This document shows positions 38,707 through 48,873 of a DNA stretch of 64,000 nt, in pieces. The translations under genes were made by a program, and so were the position numbers. The stretch lies in the IMG/VR virus record IMGVR_UViG_3300021197_001489, positions 1 through 64,000 of that record, one strand, 5' to 3'. The notes under the pieces were generated by a model that did no database searches, was not told where the DNA came from, and saw nothing but the letters and a program-made list of their open reading frames with translations. Every line of letters starts with the position of its first letter. Position 1 is the first letter of the stretch.

Positions 38707-39183
38707 ATGCCATATTACAGCACAAAAACATACGGACACAACATTGGACTAAGTGCAGTGTTTCGCCAACCACACGCAGATCATTCGCATTGCAAGTTCT
38801 TGCATGGATACAGTTTACAATTTAAATTTGTATTTGGTTGCAGAGATCTTGACAACAAAAACTGGGCAGTTGACTTTGGTGGCTTAAAGCCGCTTAAACA
38901 ATGGCTCGAAGATAGTTTTGATCATAAAGTTGTATTAGATGAAAATGATCCTCACTTGGATGACTTTCGAGTACTAGAAGAAAAAGGCCTAGCACAACTT
39001 AACATTGTTGCAGGTGTTGGCGCAGAAAAGTTTGCAGAACATGCATGGCGCTTTGCTGACAAACTTATCCGTGAAGCAACTGATGACCGTTGTTGGTGCG
39101 ACAGTGCAGAGTGTGCAGAACATGGTGCTAACAGTGCCATCTATACACCATTTATAATCCGCAAAGAAAGGTTTACTGAATAA
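38707..39183 (+). CDS. queD: 6-carboxytetrahydropterin synthase
   Basis: [32 protein letters not shown]. Confidence 0.8.
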   Translation: MPYYSTKTYGHNIGLSAVFRQPHADHSHCKFLHGYSLQFKFVFGCRDLDNKNWAVDFGGLKPLKQWLEDSFDHKVVLDENDPHLDDFRVLEEKGLAQLNIVAGVGAEKFAEHAWRFADKLIREATDDRCWCDSAECAEHGANSAIYTPFIIRKERFTE

Positions 39184-39800
39184 TGTCATTGATCCCAATG
39201 GTAGTAGAGACTACCTCTAAAGGCGAACGTGCATACGATATCTACAGTCGCTTGCTAAAAGATCGCATTGTAATGCTAAACGGTGTAGTTGAAGATCAGA
39301 TGGCAAACAGTGTAATTGCACAGTTGCTATTTTTAGAATCAGAAGATCCTGACAAAGACATCTTGCTATATATTAATTCACCAGGCGGGCAAGTAAGTGC
39401 AGGACTTGGTATATATGATACAATGCAGTTTATCAAGTGTGATATCAGCACTGTGGTTATTGGACAAGCATGTTCAATGGGCAGTTTCCTTGCACAAGCA
39501 GGCACAGCAAAAAAGCGTATTGTGCTTCCTGAATCGCGCACAATGATTCACAGAGTAAGTTCAGGCACACGTGGCACATCAGGTACTGTTCATGTACAAG
39601 AACTTCAATTTGAAGATGCATTGCGCAGTATGGAAGAGTCTAAGAAAGTCAATCGACGTCTTACTGAACTTTATGTAAAACATAACACAGCAGGCAAGAC
39701 CTATGATGAGATGGCAGAAACAATGAAGTTTGACACATTTCTAACAGCACAGGAAGCAGTTGAATGGGGACTTGCAGACCGGGTAATGGAGAATAGATAA
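39183..39800 (+). CDS. clpP: ATP-dependent Clp protease proteolytic subunit
   Basis: [23 protein letters not shown] (Ser), MIH (His). Confidence 0.95.
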   Translation: MSLIPMVVETTSKGERAYDIYSRLLKDRIVMLNGVVEDQMANSVIAQLLFLESEDPDKDILLYINSPGGQVSAGLGIYDTMQFIKCDISTVVIGQACSMGSFLAQAGTAKKRIVLPESRTMIHRVSSGTRGTSGTVHVQELQFEDALRSMEESKKVNRRLTELYVKHNTAGKTYDEMAETMKFDTFLTAQEAVEWGLADRVMENR

Positions 39801-40642
39801 TGCCTTTTAATATTGAGGCAACTAAAAAAATATCTGTGCTGTGCGCAACACGAGGTCGTCCACAGATGATCATGGAAAGTATGCAAAGCATGCTAGCCAC
39901 TGCTGACGATCCTGACAGTATTGAGTTTTTACTTGCCATCGATGATGACGATCAGGATACCATTGATTTTGTACAAAGTGATATTGTACCTGAGTTTGAA
40001 GAACGTGATCAAGACCTATATGCATTTGTGCAACCAAGATTAGGGTATGCTAGACTTAATGAATATTACAATCAGTTAGCTGGGGAGAGCCATGGAGAAT
40101 GGTTGATTGTGTGGAACGATGATGCCAGAATGGAAAGTCAAGGCTGGGATACTGAAATCCTCAGCCACAGCGGCAAATTTGCAGTACAGCGGTTTAACGA
40201 CAACCACGGACACCCATATGCTATTTTTCCAGTTCTTCCACGTGATTGGATTATAATGTATGGTTGTATATCACCGCACCAGATTGTTGATGGATGGGTT
40301 AGCCAAGTGTGTTACATGAATGACGCAATAATTCAACTTAAAAGTACTTGCTTTCATGACAGACATGACTTGACAGGTAACAACAATGATACTACCTATC
40401 AAGAGAGAAATCCACAGCAGAACGAAGGCAATCCAGAAAATCCCAAAGACTTTCTCTATCCAGCAACACACCAGTTAAGAATACAGTGGGGCTTCAAAAT
40501 GGAATGGCTACGCAAGTTGCTCAAGCAAGACAATGGCTATCTTGACAGAGTCAAGCGGGGTGAAATTGATGTATGGACTAAAATGCGCGAGAATGATCCT
40601 AAAAAGTTTTTGGGCACGTTTAAGGTAGACGTAGGTGGTTAA
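39800..40642 (+). CDS. GT2-like glycosyltransferase
   Basis: ATRGR, IDDDD, WNDDA, GWD; paralog of the 22167 ORF. Confidence 0.7.
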   Translation: MPFNIEATKKISVLCATRGRPQMIMESMQSMLATADDPDSIEFLLAIDDDDQDTIDFVQSDIVPEFEERDQDLYAFVQPRLGYARLNEYYNQLAGESHGEWLIVWNDDARMESQGWDTEILSHSGKFAVQRFNDNHGHPYAIFPVLPRDWIIMYGCISPHQIVDGWVSQVCYMNDAIIQLKSTCFHDRHDLTGNNNDTTYQERNPQQNEGNPENPKDFLYPATHQLRIQWGFKMEWLRKLLKQDNGYLDRVKRGEIDVWTKMRENDPKKFLGTFKVDVGG

Positions 40643-40677
40643 GCAGTGTATTATAGTGTAATAGAAGGACGCAAACT

Positions 40678-41265
40678 ATGAAAAAAGTCTATGTAACATG
40701 GCACGATGTACAGCGGCAAACACAAGAAATACTTAGGCAGTTGCAAAAAGATTGTTGGAAGCCGGATTACATTGTAGGAGTTACACGTGGCGGATTAACA
40801 CTTAGCAATCTGCTTAGTCAATACTTGGACATCACAATGTACACACTTGATGTAAGACTGCGTGATGGTAAACATGTCCCATGTGAAAGCAATACCAAAC
40901 TTGCAGAAATAGCATTTGGAATAAATGATGGTAGATCAAAAGGCGCACGTTGGGATGTTGGGCAACGTAAAAAAGTGCTGATAGTAGACGACATCAATGA
41001 TTCCGGGCAAACTATTAACTGGATAAAAGCAGACTGGGAACACACTATTAGTAGTAAAATACACGAAGATGTTGCCTATGTGTGGGATACTGTTTGGAAC
41101 GACAGTACACGTTTTGCAGTACTCTATGATAATGTAGCAAGTGATGCAAACTTAAAAGTATCTTATGCTGCGGAAGAAATAAACAAAGTTGAAGATCCAA
41201 GCTGGGTTGTTTTCCCTTGGGAAGAATGGTGGAGCAGATGGGATCCTAATGAGGAGATAATGTAA
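40678..41265 (+). CDS. Type I purine phosphoribosyltransferase (Gpt/Hpt-like)
   Basis: GVTRGGL, VLIVDDINDSGQT PRPP loop, WVVFPWE. Confidence 0.85.
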   Translation: MKKVYVTWHDVQRQTQEILRQLQKDCWKPDYIVGVTRGGLTLSNLLSQYLDITMYTLDVRLRDGKHVPCESNTKLAEIAFGINDGRSKGARWDVGQRKKVLIVDDINDSGQTINWIKADWEHTISSKIHEDVAYVWDTVWNDSTRFAVLYDNVASDANLKVSYAAEEINKVEDPSWVVFPWEEWWSRWDPNEEIM

Positions 41266-42137
41266 TGAGCAAAGTTAAGATAGCAGAAATCTTCTACAGT
41301 CTACAAGGTGAAGGCAAGTGGGCAGGAGTACCTAGCGTATTCTTGCGCAGCTTTGGTTGTAACTTTGAATGTAGAGGCTTTGGGATGCCTGCTGGAGAAC
41401 ACACTGACAATCCAGAGCAGATTGCCAAAGACGTTGACAAGTTTGAAAAATATGAAGACTTGCCGCTAACTGAGTTTGGTTGCGATAGTTACGCTTCATG
41501 GCACAAGGACTTTAAAAAGTTTAGCCCTGTTATGGAATCTCAGGATATTGTGCAACGCATGCACAAGTTGATTCCAAACAACCGTTGGAGCGATGGTAAC
41601 CAATTTGGACAAGATGTACACTTGGTTATCACAGGCGGTGAACCATTGCTAGGTTGGCAACGTGCTTGGCCTGGCATTATCAAATTGTGCAAACTTTCTG
41701 GATTGCAAAACATTACATTTGAAACAAATGGCACACAGCCACTAAGTGACGAGTTCTGTAAGTTCTTAAACGAGTTTACTGAGTTCGGACGTTACCGTGA
41801 TCGACTTACATTTTCAGTAAGTGCAAAATTGCCTTGTTCAGGAGAAAAGTGGGAAGATGCTATCAAGCCTGATATTATCAAGCACTACCAAAGTCACGGA
41901 CATACTTTTCTTAAGTTTGTTGTTGCTACAGAAGCTGATGTTCAAGATGTAGAACGTGCTGTTAGCGTGTACAGAGATAATGGATTTCATGGACCAGTAT
42001 ACTTGATGCCAGTAGGCGGCGTTCCAAATCAGTATCATTTGAATGTCAAAGATGTAGCAGCACTGGCAATGACAAAAGGGTATCGTTACAGCCCAAGATT
42101 GCAAGTAGATATATGGAAGAACGCATGGGGAACCTAA
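41265..42137 (+). CDS. queE: 7-carboxy-7-deazaguanine synthase (radical SAM) with split Cys motif
   Basis: IAEIFYSLQGEG...VFLR.FGC, ITGGEP, ETNGT, SVSAK, LMP, SPRLQ. Confidence 0.88.
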   Translation: MSKVKIAEIFYSLQGEGKWAGVPSVFLRSFGCNFECRGFGMPAGEHTDNPEQIAKDVDKFEKYEDLPLTEFGCDSYASWHKDFKKFSPVMESQDIVQRMHKLIPNNRWSDGNQFGQDVHLVITGGEPLLGWQRAWPGIIKLCKLSGLQNITFETNGTQPLSDEFCKFLNEFTEFGRYRDRLTFSVSAKLPCSGEKWEDAIKPDIIKHYQSHGHTFLKFVVATEADVQDVERAVSVYRDNGFHGPVYLMPVGGVPNQYHLNVKDVAALAMTKGYRYSPRLQVDIWKNAWGT

Positions 42138-42895
42138 CAGAAGAAATCCCACAGTGGATTAGAAAATATGCACTGGACAACAACTTTGGACAATTAGTTG
42201 TTGGAGTCAGCGGAGGCATTGACAGTGCTGTTGTATCAACGCTGTGTGCATTAAGTGGTGTACCAACATTGTGTTTGGTAATGCCTATTAGACAAAAAGC
42301 AGAACAAACTGACATGGGCATTGATCATTGCTTGCAGTTAAACACACATTACATGAATGCCAGTTTTGAAACTGTTGATCTTACCAAGGTGTTTGATGAA
42401 TTTGAGAATCTTTTTCAAAATGCATACTCGCCACTGGCATTAGCAAACAGTCGTGCAAGATTACGCATGATGACACTGTACCAAAAAGCACAAACACACG
42501 GCGGGCTTGTAGTAGGAACAGGCAACAAAGTAGAAGACTTTGGTGTTGGGTTTTACACAAAGTATGGTGACGGTGGTGTTGACATTTCGCCTATTGCTGA
42601 TCTAACAAAAACTGAAGTATGGGCATTAGGCAAGGAGCTAGGAGTTAGCAACGCAATCATTGATGCAAAGCCAACAGATGGACTGTGGGATGATGGTCGT
42701 ACTGACAATGATCAACTAGCAGGGATGAGCTATAGCGATATCGAACGCTGTATGTCTATTCAAGAACAAGGTATTGATATAGAAACACTTAGCAATTATG
42801 ACCAAGATTGTTTAGCAAAATATATTGAAATCAGAGAACGCAATTTACATAAAATGAACCCAATTCCGGTGTTCAGCAAATCAAAGGAGACTTAA
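42122..42895 (+). CDS. nadE: NH3-dependent NAD+ synthetase
   Basis: GVSGGIDS, ARLRM, GTGNKVE, GFYTKYGDG, PIADLTKTEV, PTDGLW. Confidence 0.9.
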   Translation, partial: RMGNLTEEIPQWIRKYALDNNFGQLVVGVSGGIDSAVVSTLCALSGVPTLCLVMPIRQKAEQTDMGIDHCLQLNTHYMNASFETVDLTKVFDEFENLFQNAYSPLALANSRARLRMMTLYQKAQTHGGLVVGTGNKVEDFGVGFYTKYGDGGVDISPIADLTKTEVWALGKELGVSNAIIDAKPTDGLWDDGRTDNDQLAGMSYSDIERCMSIQEQGIDIETLSNYDQDCLAKYIEIRERNLHKMNPIPVFSKSKET

Positions 42896-42896
42896 A

Positions 42897-43106
42897 ATGA
42901 AAGTAGGCGAACATATTATACACGCGGCGCGGAAACAAGCCGAAGGTGACATTGCAGTGCATCAAGCAAATATTGAAGTGTATAAAACCATGCCAGCAGG
43001 CATTGGCGAACATTCAGATATTACCGAAGCAGTGATTGCAGAGTTAAATAAACTAGCAGAAGCAGACGATAGACTGGAAATGATTAACAAATACTTTTCA
43101 GAATAA
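42897..43106 (+). CDS. Small hypothetical protein
   Basis: AAGGAG RBS; GIGEH motif. Confidence 0.6.
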   Translation: MKVGEHIIHAARKQAEGDIAVHQANIEVYKTMPAGIGEHSDITEAVIAELNKLAEADDRLEMINKYFSE

Positions 43107-43114
43107 GGAACCAC

Positions 43115-43498
43115 ATGTTAGATAAACTAAAAAAAGCAATGGGCATAAAAGAAAAGCCTGTTGTGCCAGAAAAGAAAAAGCGTACAAAGAAAACCGATAA
43201 AGAAATAGCAACTGCTGCCGGTGAACCTTATGTTGCTATTCTCAGTATGGATGTTGACCCAGAAGATATAAACAATGGTGCATTTGAACTAGATTGGAAC
43301 GAAAAATTTATTGCCAATCTAGTTCGCGCTGGCTATCAAGGACAGCCAAACGAGCCCGAGCATGAAATTGTTGATCGTTGGTTTCAAAATGTTTGCCGTA
43401 ACGTAGTAATGGAAACTTACGAACAGTTCCAAGCTGATCCTGAGATTCGTTTTACGAGCAGTAGAGATCTTGGCAACGGTTACACAGAAGTAAAATAA
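43115..43498 (+). CDS. Hypothetical protein
   Basis: AAGGA RBS; basic N-terminus, GAFELDWN motif. Confidence 0.6.
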   Translation: MLDKLKKAMGIKEKPVVPEKKKRTKKTDKEIATAAGEPYVAILSMDVDPEDINNGAFELDWNEKFIANLVRAGYQGQPNEPEHEIVDRWFQNVCRNVVMETYEQFQADPEIRFTSSRDLGNGYTEVK

Positions 43499-43499
43499 C

Positions 43500-44198
43500 T
43501 TGATACTGTACGTCAACGGTGATAGCCATACAGCGGGTGCTGAATGTACAAATAACCATGCATTTGCTTGTGATGATCCAAAACTGTTTATGATGGGAAG
43601 GCAGCCGCATCCGGACAATCTAGCACATTCGTGGAGTAAACTGCTAAGTCAACACTTGAGCTGTGCGCTAAAATGTGATGCGGAAAGTGCTAGCAGCAAT
43701 GATCGCATAATACGCACCACCCGCGATTGGATATCTAATCATCACAGGGATAGTTATCGAACACTTTATATTATACAGTGGAGCACATGGGAGAGAGAAG
43801 AATGGCTTATAGACGGAGATTATTTTCAGGTCAACGCCTCCGGTATAGACGACGTTCCTTATTCTCATCAACAGTCTTACAAAGACTACGTCGCAAACGT
43901 AAATTGGCAACAAAAAACACAAGACGCTCACGAAAAAATATGGTCTTTTCATCAAGAATTAAACGAGCTGGGCATAAAGCACATATTCTTTAATGGCAAT
44001 ACCACGTTCTCTGGTATTCCAGATAGACAAGACTGGGGTAGCAGTTATATTGATCCATACGGAACTATTACATTTGACAGCGTTATCAGTGAGACATGCG
44101 AAACAGTTGCGCCAACAAGTTATCACTATGGCCCTGATGGGCATCGAGTGTGGGCGCAATATCTTACAAAATATATCGTTGACAACAAGCTGGTTTAG
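43500..44198 (+). CDS. SGNH/GDSL-like hydrolase fold protein
   Basis: NGDSHTAG, SNDRI, HYGPDGH; TTG start. Confidence 0.6.
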   Translation: MILYVNGDSHTAGAECTNNHAFACDDPKLFMMGRQPHPDNLAHSWSKLLSQHLSCALKCDAESASSNDRIIRTTRDWISNHHRDSYRTLYIIQWSTWEREEWLIDGDYFQVNASGIDDVPYSHQQSYKDYVANVNWQQKTQDAHEKIWSFHQELNELGIKHIFFNGNTTFSGIPDRQDWGSSYIDPYGTITFDSVISETCETVAPTSYHYGPDGHRVWAQYLTKYIVDNKLV

Positions 44199-44207
44199 TG
44201 CTACAAT
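44179..44207 (+). promoter_or_regulatory. sigma70-like promoter
   Basis: TTGACA-17 nt-TACAAT. Confidence 0.7.
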
Positions 44208-44234
44208 AATAACATAATCAGCGAAAGGGTTGTT

Positions 44235-45236
44235 ATGAAGTATCTACTTATTGACACTGCTAATATGTTTTTCCGCGCAAGACACGTTGCATTTCGTGCA
44301 AGTGATCCATGGGAGAAAGTTGGGTATGCATTGCATATCAGCATGGCAGCCATTAACAAGGTAGCCAAGCAGTTTGATACTGATCATGTGGTGTTCTGCT
44401 TGGAAGGGCGTTCATGGCGTAAGGATCACTATAAGCCTTACAAGGCCAATCGTGCAGCAGCAAGAGCAGCACTTACTGAGCGTGAACAAGAAGAAGAGAA
44501 ACTTTTTTGGGACACCTTTGACGACTTCAATAAGTATTTGCAAGATAAGACAAATTGTAGTGTGCTTAGAGAACCTGACGCAGAAGCAGACGACCTAATA
44601 GCACGTTGGATACATTTGCATCCTGAAGATGATCATGTTATCATTAGCAGCGATTCAGACTTTTACCAACTGCTAGCAACGAACGTAAGACAGTTCAATG
44701 GCATCACTGATCAATTGATTACTATCGAAGGCATATTTGATGCCAAGGGTAAACAGGTGCTAGACAAGAAAACTAAACTGCCAAAAGAAGTTCCTAACCC
44801 TGAGTGGTTGTTGTTTGAAAAGTGCATGCGCGGCGATAGCAGCGACAATGTGTTTTCGGCATACCCGGGTGTGCGCAAAAAAGGTACAAAGAACAAAGTT
44901 GGTTTGATTGAGGCATTTGAAGACCGTGCCAGCAAAGGCTATGCATGGAACAACATGATGCTACAGCGTTGGACTGATCACGAAGGCAAAGAGCATCGTG
45001 TACTAGATGATTATCAACGCAATAGAGAACTTATTGATCTCACTGCACAACCCGATGCAGTTAAGGATCGTGTTGATCTAGTTATTATTACACAGGTAAG
45101 CAACAAAGACGTTGGGCAAGTAGGCTCAAAGTTCCTTAAATTTTGTGGTAAATATGAGTTGAATCGACTCAGTGACAATGCAGAGCAATACGGACGTTGG
45201 CTTAATCAAACATATCAAGGAGCATTAAAAGCATGA
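44235..45236 (+). CDS. rnh: T4 RNase H-like 5'-3' exonuclease/flap endonuclease
   Basis: LIDTAN, YKANR, EADDLIA, SSDSDFYQL, RGDSSDN. Confidence 0.88.
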   Translation: MKYLLIDTANMFFRARHVAFRASDPWEKVGYALHISMAAINKVAKQFDTDHVVFCLEGRSWRKDHYKPYKANRAAARAALTEREQEEEKLFWDTFDDFNKYLQDKTNCSVLREPDAEADDLIARWIHLHPEDDHVIISSDSDFYQLLATNVRQFNGITDQLITIEGIFDAKGKQVLDKKTKLPKEVPNPEWLLFEKCMRGDSSDNVFSAYPGVRKKGTKNKVGLIEAFEDRASKGYAWNNMMLQRWTDHEGKEHRVLDDYQRNRELIDLTAQPDAVKDRVDLVIITQVSNKDVGQVGSKFLKFCGKYELNRLSDNAEQYGRWLNQTYQGALKA

Positions 45237-45679
45237 ATGACACAATTGCAAGACCAATTGTTGACGGTGAATTTTGGATTCTCAAGGAGAATGACCAAAA
45301 AGTAGGCAGTGTAGAAAGAGCCAGAGGTGGCTACTTTGTGCGCACCAATGAAGGTGTAAAACAGTACAAATCCATACATGCACTGCGTGACATTGCCAAG
45401 CTCAACTTTGAAGATGCACCTGAAAAAGTTGCATATCCAGAGTTTCAAGTTAATGGATTTGAAACTGATGCAAAGCCGTATAATGCAGTATACAATGTTA
45501 AAACACGTTTGCCAATCTACACCAAAGAACCAAAGTCAAAGAGCTGGTATGCAGCAGGCTGGTATGAAATCACTGTCAACAACAAAACTACTATTGAGTT
45601 TTGTCCTAAACTGATCTTGCTTGAGCGTTATTTTTATCGCGGACCAGCAATGAGTGCAGATGGATTTACATTTAAGTGA
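45233..45679 (+). CDS. Hypothetical protein
   Basis: ATGA-coupled ORF. Confidence 0.6.
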   Translation: MNDTIARPIVDGEFWILKENDQKVGSVERARGGYFVRTNEGVKQYKSIHALRDIAKLNFEDAPEKVAYPEFQVNGFETDAKPYNAVYNVKTRLPIYTKEPKSKSWYAAGWYEITVNNKTTIEFCPKLILLERYFYRGPAMSADGFTFK

Positions 45680-45879
45680 GCGGACTTTATATACGCAAAT
45701 TCATTGATCGTGTGCAAGCATGCGACAGCAAGGGTGTTAACGACTTTGTTTGGCCACTTGCTGATGCAAAGAACTTACACGGCGATATCACAAAATTGCT
45801 CCTGGACATTGAAGCACTACAGCAAGCTCGCAGCAACGAACAAATCACGCAAGTTGAGGTATCTGGTGGAGATTGGTAA
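45676..45879 (+). CDS. Small hypothetical protein
   Basis: GTGA overlap, 67 aa. Confidence 0.5.
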   Translation: MSGLYIRKFIDRVQACDSKGVNDFVWPLADAKNLHGDITKLLLDIEALQQARSNEQITQVEVSGGDW

Positions 45880-46397
45880 TGGATATTGAACCATATATTA
45901 GAACTGTGCATGACTATCCTGTATCAGGTGTAAAATTCTACGACATGAACAGTTTGTTTGCAAGCCCTGTGTGGAGCAGTGTAGTTACAACCATGGTAGA
46001 AGTCATTGATGAGTTATATGAAGCACCCACACACGTTGTAGGACTGGAAAGCAGAGGATTTGTTGTTGGTGCAGCGATAGCACAGGAAATGCGTTTGCCG
46101 TTTGTAATGGTGCGCAAAAAAGGCGCAAAGTATCCGGGTAAACTGTTTGAAGAAACCTACAATCTTGAATACGGCAGTGACACACTTACACTGCAAGAAG
46201 GTATACTAGGGCATGTTAGCAGATGTATTATCACTGACGATCTGGTAGCAACAGGCGGCAGTGCATTGGCAACCAAACGCTTGATTGAACAAACTGGTGC
46301 GCGGGTATTGGGTATTATTGCTCCAGTGAATCTAGCGTACCTAAACAAAGTAACCAGTTTAGACACACCAATTACAGCTCTATTAGAGGTTAACTAA
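45873..46397 (+). CDS. apt: Adenine phosphoribosyltransferase
   Basis: DYPVSGVKFYD, GLESRGF, VRKKG, YNLEYG, DDLVATGGS. Confidence 0.9.
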   Translation: MVMDIEPYIRTVHDYPVSGVKFYDMNSLFASPVWSSVVTTMVEVIDELYEAPTHVVGLESRGFVVGAAIAQEMRLPFVMVRKKGAKYPGKLFEETYNLEYGSDTLTLQEGILGHVSRCIITDDLVATGGSALATKRLIEQTGARVLGIIAPVNLAYLNKVTSLDTPITALLEVN

Positions 46398-46454
46398 GCA
46401 GTTAACCCAGTTATCTACGCAGTTTATCATAAATAACTGTGGAGATAATGAAAC

Positions 46455-46754
46455 ATGAGCAGACCAAAACCCACAGTATTAGTTGAAATTACAGACAAAA
46501 CAACCTACAAAACAGAGCAGGTGCTTGCCAGTGATGGTATTTGGGCAGTGTACTTTGATAGCAATCCAATCAATCTAAAAACTTCAAACATATTGGTACA
46601 ATATCCTGGACCAAAGTACAAAAAGGTCAGCTTTTCAAATCCAGGACACGCAATTAGTCTTGCTAAAAAGCTCAACGCACAGTTTAAAACAGACAAGTTT
46701 ACTGTGGTATTGCTTACCAAAGGCGAAACTGTTTACGCAGCCAATGAGAAATAA
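46455..46754 (+). CDS. Hypothetical late protein
   Basis: ATAAATA 46429 and GGAG RBS; MSRPKPTVL...KYKKVSFSNPGHA. Confidence 0.65.
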   Translation: MSRPKPTVLVEITDKTTYKTEQVLASDGIWAVYFDSNPINLKTSNILVQYPGPKYKKVSFSNPGHAISLAKKLNAQFKTDKFTVVLLTKGETVYAANEK

Positions 46755-47094
46755 ACAAGAGCTCACAAACCTCATAATAGAACTGCTTCCAGAAAATAAA
46801 CCGGACTATAAAACTGCACTGCATTCATGGTGGTACAACACCAGAGATGGTGGTGGCATGCGATTAACGTCTACTGGGTTTGTGATATTTAAAAAATTGG
46901 ATTTTGAATATTGGGATTTTGTACTACCTGAAGGTTATTCACGTAAGAACAAACGTGTAATACTAGGATTGGATCGCAAACTGAGTTGGCCTTACTACTA
47001 CGGCAAATACCGTATCAGTTTTTTTAGCAGTCGCGATGCCATGATGGTCAATCTAACAGGCGACATAGAGCAGTGGCTTACTAACAACTTTTAA
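46744..47094 (+). CDS. Hypothetical protein
   Basis: Start at ATG 46744 overlapping the previous stop. Confidence 0.55.
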   Translation: MRNKQELTNLIIELLPENKPDYKTALHSWWYNTRDGGGMRLTSTGFVIFKKLDFEYWDFVLPEGYSRKNKRVILGLDRKLSWPYYYGKYRISFFSSRDAMMVNLTGDIEQWLTNNF

Positions 47095-48085
47095 GTTGTG
47101 CCAAACAACGTTGTTCGATACTTTCTGCATAATCATTCATTAAAAAATCAAAGTTGTATTCTGCATTTTCTTGGGCAGCGTCTACATCCCATTCAGAATC
47201 TGTAATTCTTTCCCAATTGAGGTGCAATGCAGTATCCAATCTCTGTTCTGCCGGCAAATTATCGTAACTTAAATCAAAAACGTTATCAAACAGTTGAAAT
47301 CCACGCTGAGCTATTTCGCAATGTATACCTTGATGTCCAATGCACATAAACGGATGCTTTGCTGCAATAGCCAATAGTGTTTTTTCTGTTATAATACCAG
47401 GATGGTCGGCATAAATGGTCTCGGTTACTATGCTTGTTTTACTCTGCTGATATAAAGGCATAAGTTTTACAAAATTACTTACATTATTAAAATCATATTT
47501 GTTATAAGGACACATCGGTGCTGGATTGTGATTGATATGCGACGTAAATCCTAACGGTTCACTTCCAAGCATATCATACATTTTTATCCTGTGTTCTCGC
47601 AACGTCCCATTTAAGCAGAGAAAATTGTACTTTATATCTTTGTGGTGAACATCTTTCCATTCACTGTGGCGTTCTTTAAGACTGTATACCAGTTCATAAC
47701 TGTGACTGGCAAACTCAACACACTTTACATTACCAATGTAAAGATCAGTTAAACCATGATCCCAGTGTAAAAAAATAGTTTTTGATTGTTGTTCCGGAGT
47801 CAAGTGTTCTTCAATAAAATGCAATTCTGTACACAGGGTATTGTTGTAGTAGTGACAAAAATCTTGAGCGTGTAAAACTAAACGAAAATTTCTTCTCTTC
47901 CAATCATTTGCAGTAATATTTGCTAGATGATCTTTGAGGTTAATTGCCCATCGCCCTTGTTCAATAGGACGGTCTAAAATACTAGGCACAAAATATGCAT
48001 TGAATCCGGAGGAGCGCAATAATAAATCAATTGTTTTTTTAAATTTTTCTCCAGCGTATGTATCTGGCATTACTGTCATTGACAT
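47081..48085 (-). CDS. GT10 (fucosyltransferase)-like / GT-B protein
   Basis: SIVTET..., ITEKT...HPF..IG...GFQLFD...SYD; start uncertain. Confidence 0.45.
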   Translation of the reverse strand: MSMTVMPDTYAGEKFKKTIDLLLRSSGFNAYFVPSILDRPIEQGRWAINLKDHLANITANDWKRRNFRLVLHAQDFCHYYNNTLCTELHFIEEHLTPEQQSKTIFLHWDHGLTDLYIGNVKCVEFASHSYELVYSLKERHSEWKDVHHKDIKYNFLCLNGTLREHRIKMYDMLGSEPLGFTSHINHNPAPMCPYNKYDFNNVSNFVKLMPLYQQSKTSIVTETIYADHPGIITEKTLLAIAAKHPFMCIGHQGIHCEIAQRGFQLFDNVFDLSYDNLPAEQRLDTALHLNWERITDSEWDVDAAQENAEYNFDFLMNDYAESIEQRCLAQLKSC

Positions 48086-48140
48086 TTGTGTTACCTGTGC
48101 TATAATATAGTTATTGTTTAGAACAGTAGCAGGTATAATT

Positions 48141-48848
48141 ATGTATTTAACGTACAAAGAAATAACAAAGTACGAAAGTGTTAACCAACAAATCAAAAAT
48201 CAAGGCTATGGCAGATACAGTATGAGTCGAGATGATGTTGCAGGACTTAAAGTGCAACAGTTTACACTGACAAAAATTGCAGCCGAACACAGTCGAATTA
48301 ATCTGGACCAGATACTGGAAACTGGTTTAAAATACAATGTACCAACAGTTATAGTCAAACCACAATTGATACAGTTTATTGGGCACGACACTTTTATAGA
48401 AAGTTCACATATACTAGATGCTAAAGCTATTAAACGCTTCACTGACGACGATACCTTTGGACGCTGGGCAAACGGTCCTAAGTGGCGCGACGTAACAAGC
48501 AGTAACGGATACCATATGCTTGAACTTGGCGGATACTTTCAGCATTTTTGGGCAATGAGTCCACAATGTGGCTATTACCAATTAAATCATCTTGGCACCG
48601 ACTACAACAAAACAACAAATCGCAAAACGCAGATTCAAGAACTGTGGAATTGGGGATGGCCAGCACGGCGCGGTCGTCCTGTGCATGTTGGTTTCGAGCA
48701 ATACAGCGGCAATTGCCAAGAAATTGAAATGCTCACTGACATGGCAGAAGTGCTATGCGAACGACAACGATACAGTGAAGTTGCTAAACGTACACTGGCC
48801 AACTTCCGCAGCATTAACAGAGAGTATTCGTGGCCTGGTTACTGGTAG
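48141..48848 (+). CDS. Hypothetical protein
   Basis: Divergent ORF; ATG 48141. Confidence 0.55.
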   Translation: MYLTYKEITKYESVNQQIKNQGYGRYSMSRDDVAGLKVQQFTLTKIAAEHSRINLDQILETGLKYNVPTVIVKPQLIQFIGHDTFIESSHILDAKAIKRFTDDDTFGRWANGPKWRDVTSSNGYHMLELGGYFQHFWAMSPQCGYYQLNHLGTDYNKTTNRKTQIQELWNWGWPARRGRPVHVGFEQYSGNCQEIEMLTDMAEVLCERQRYSEVAKRTLANFRSINREYSWPGYW

Positions 48849-48873
48849 TAAATACACTTGCAAGGAGACTGTT

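Noticed and set aside
42122-42895. Calling this gene queC
   Set aside because: It has the full NadE motif set and lacks the QueC C-terminal Zn cysteines; kept only as a functional hypothesis.
40678-46397. NARP1/NARP2 NAD reconstitution pathway
   Set aside because: The PRTases are ordinary type I purine enzymes; no Adps/Namat or Nampt motifs were recognised.
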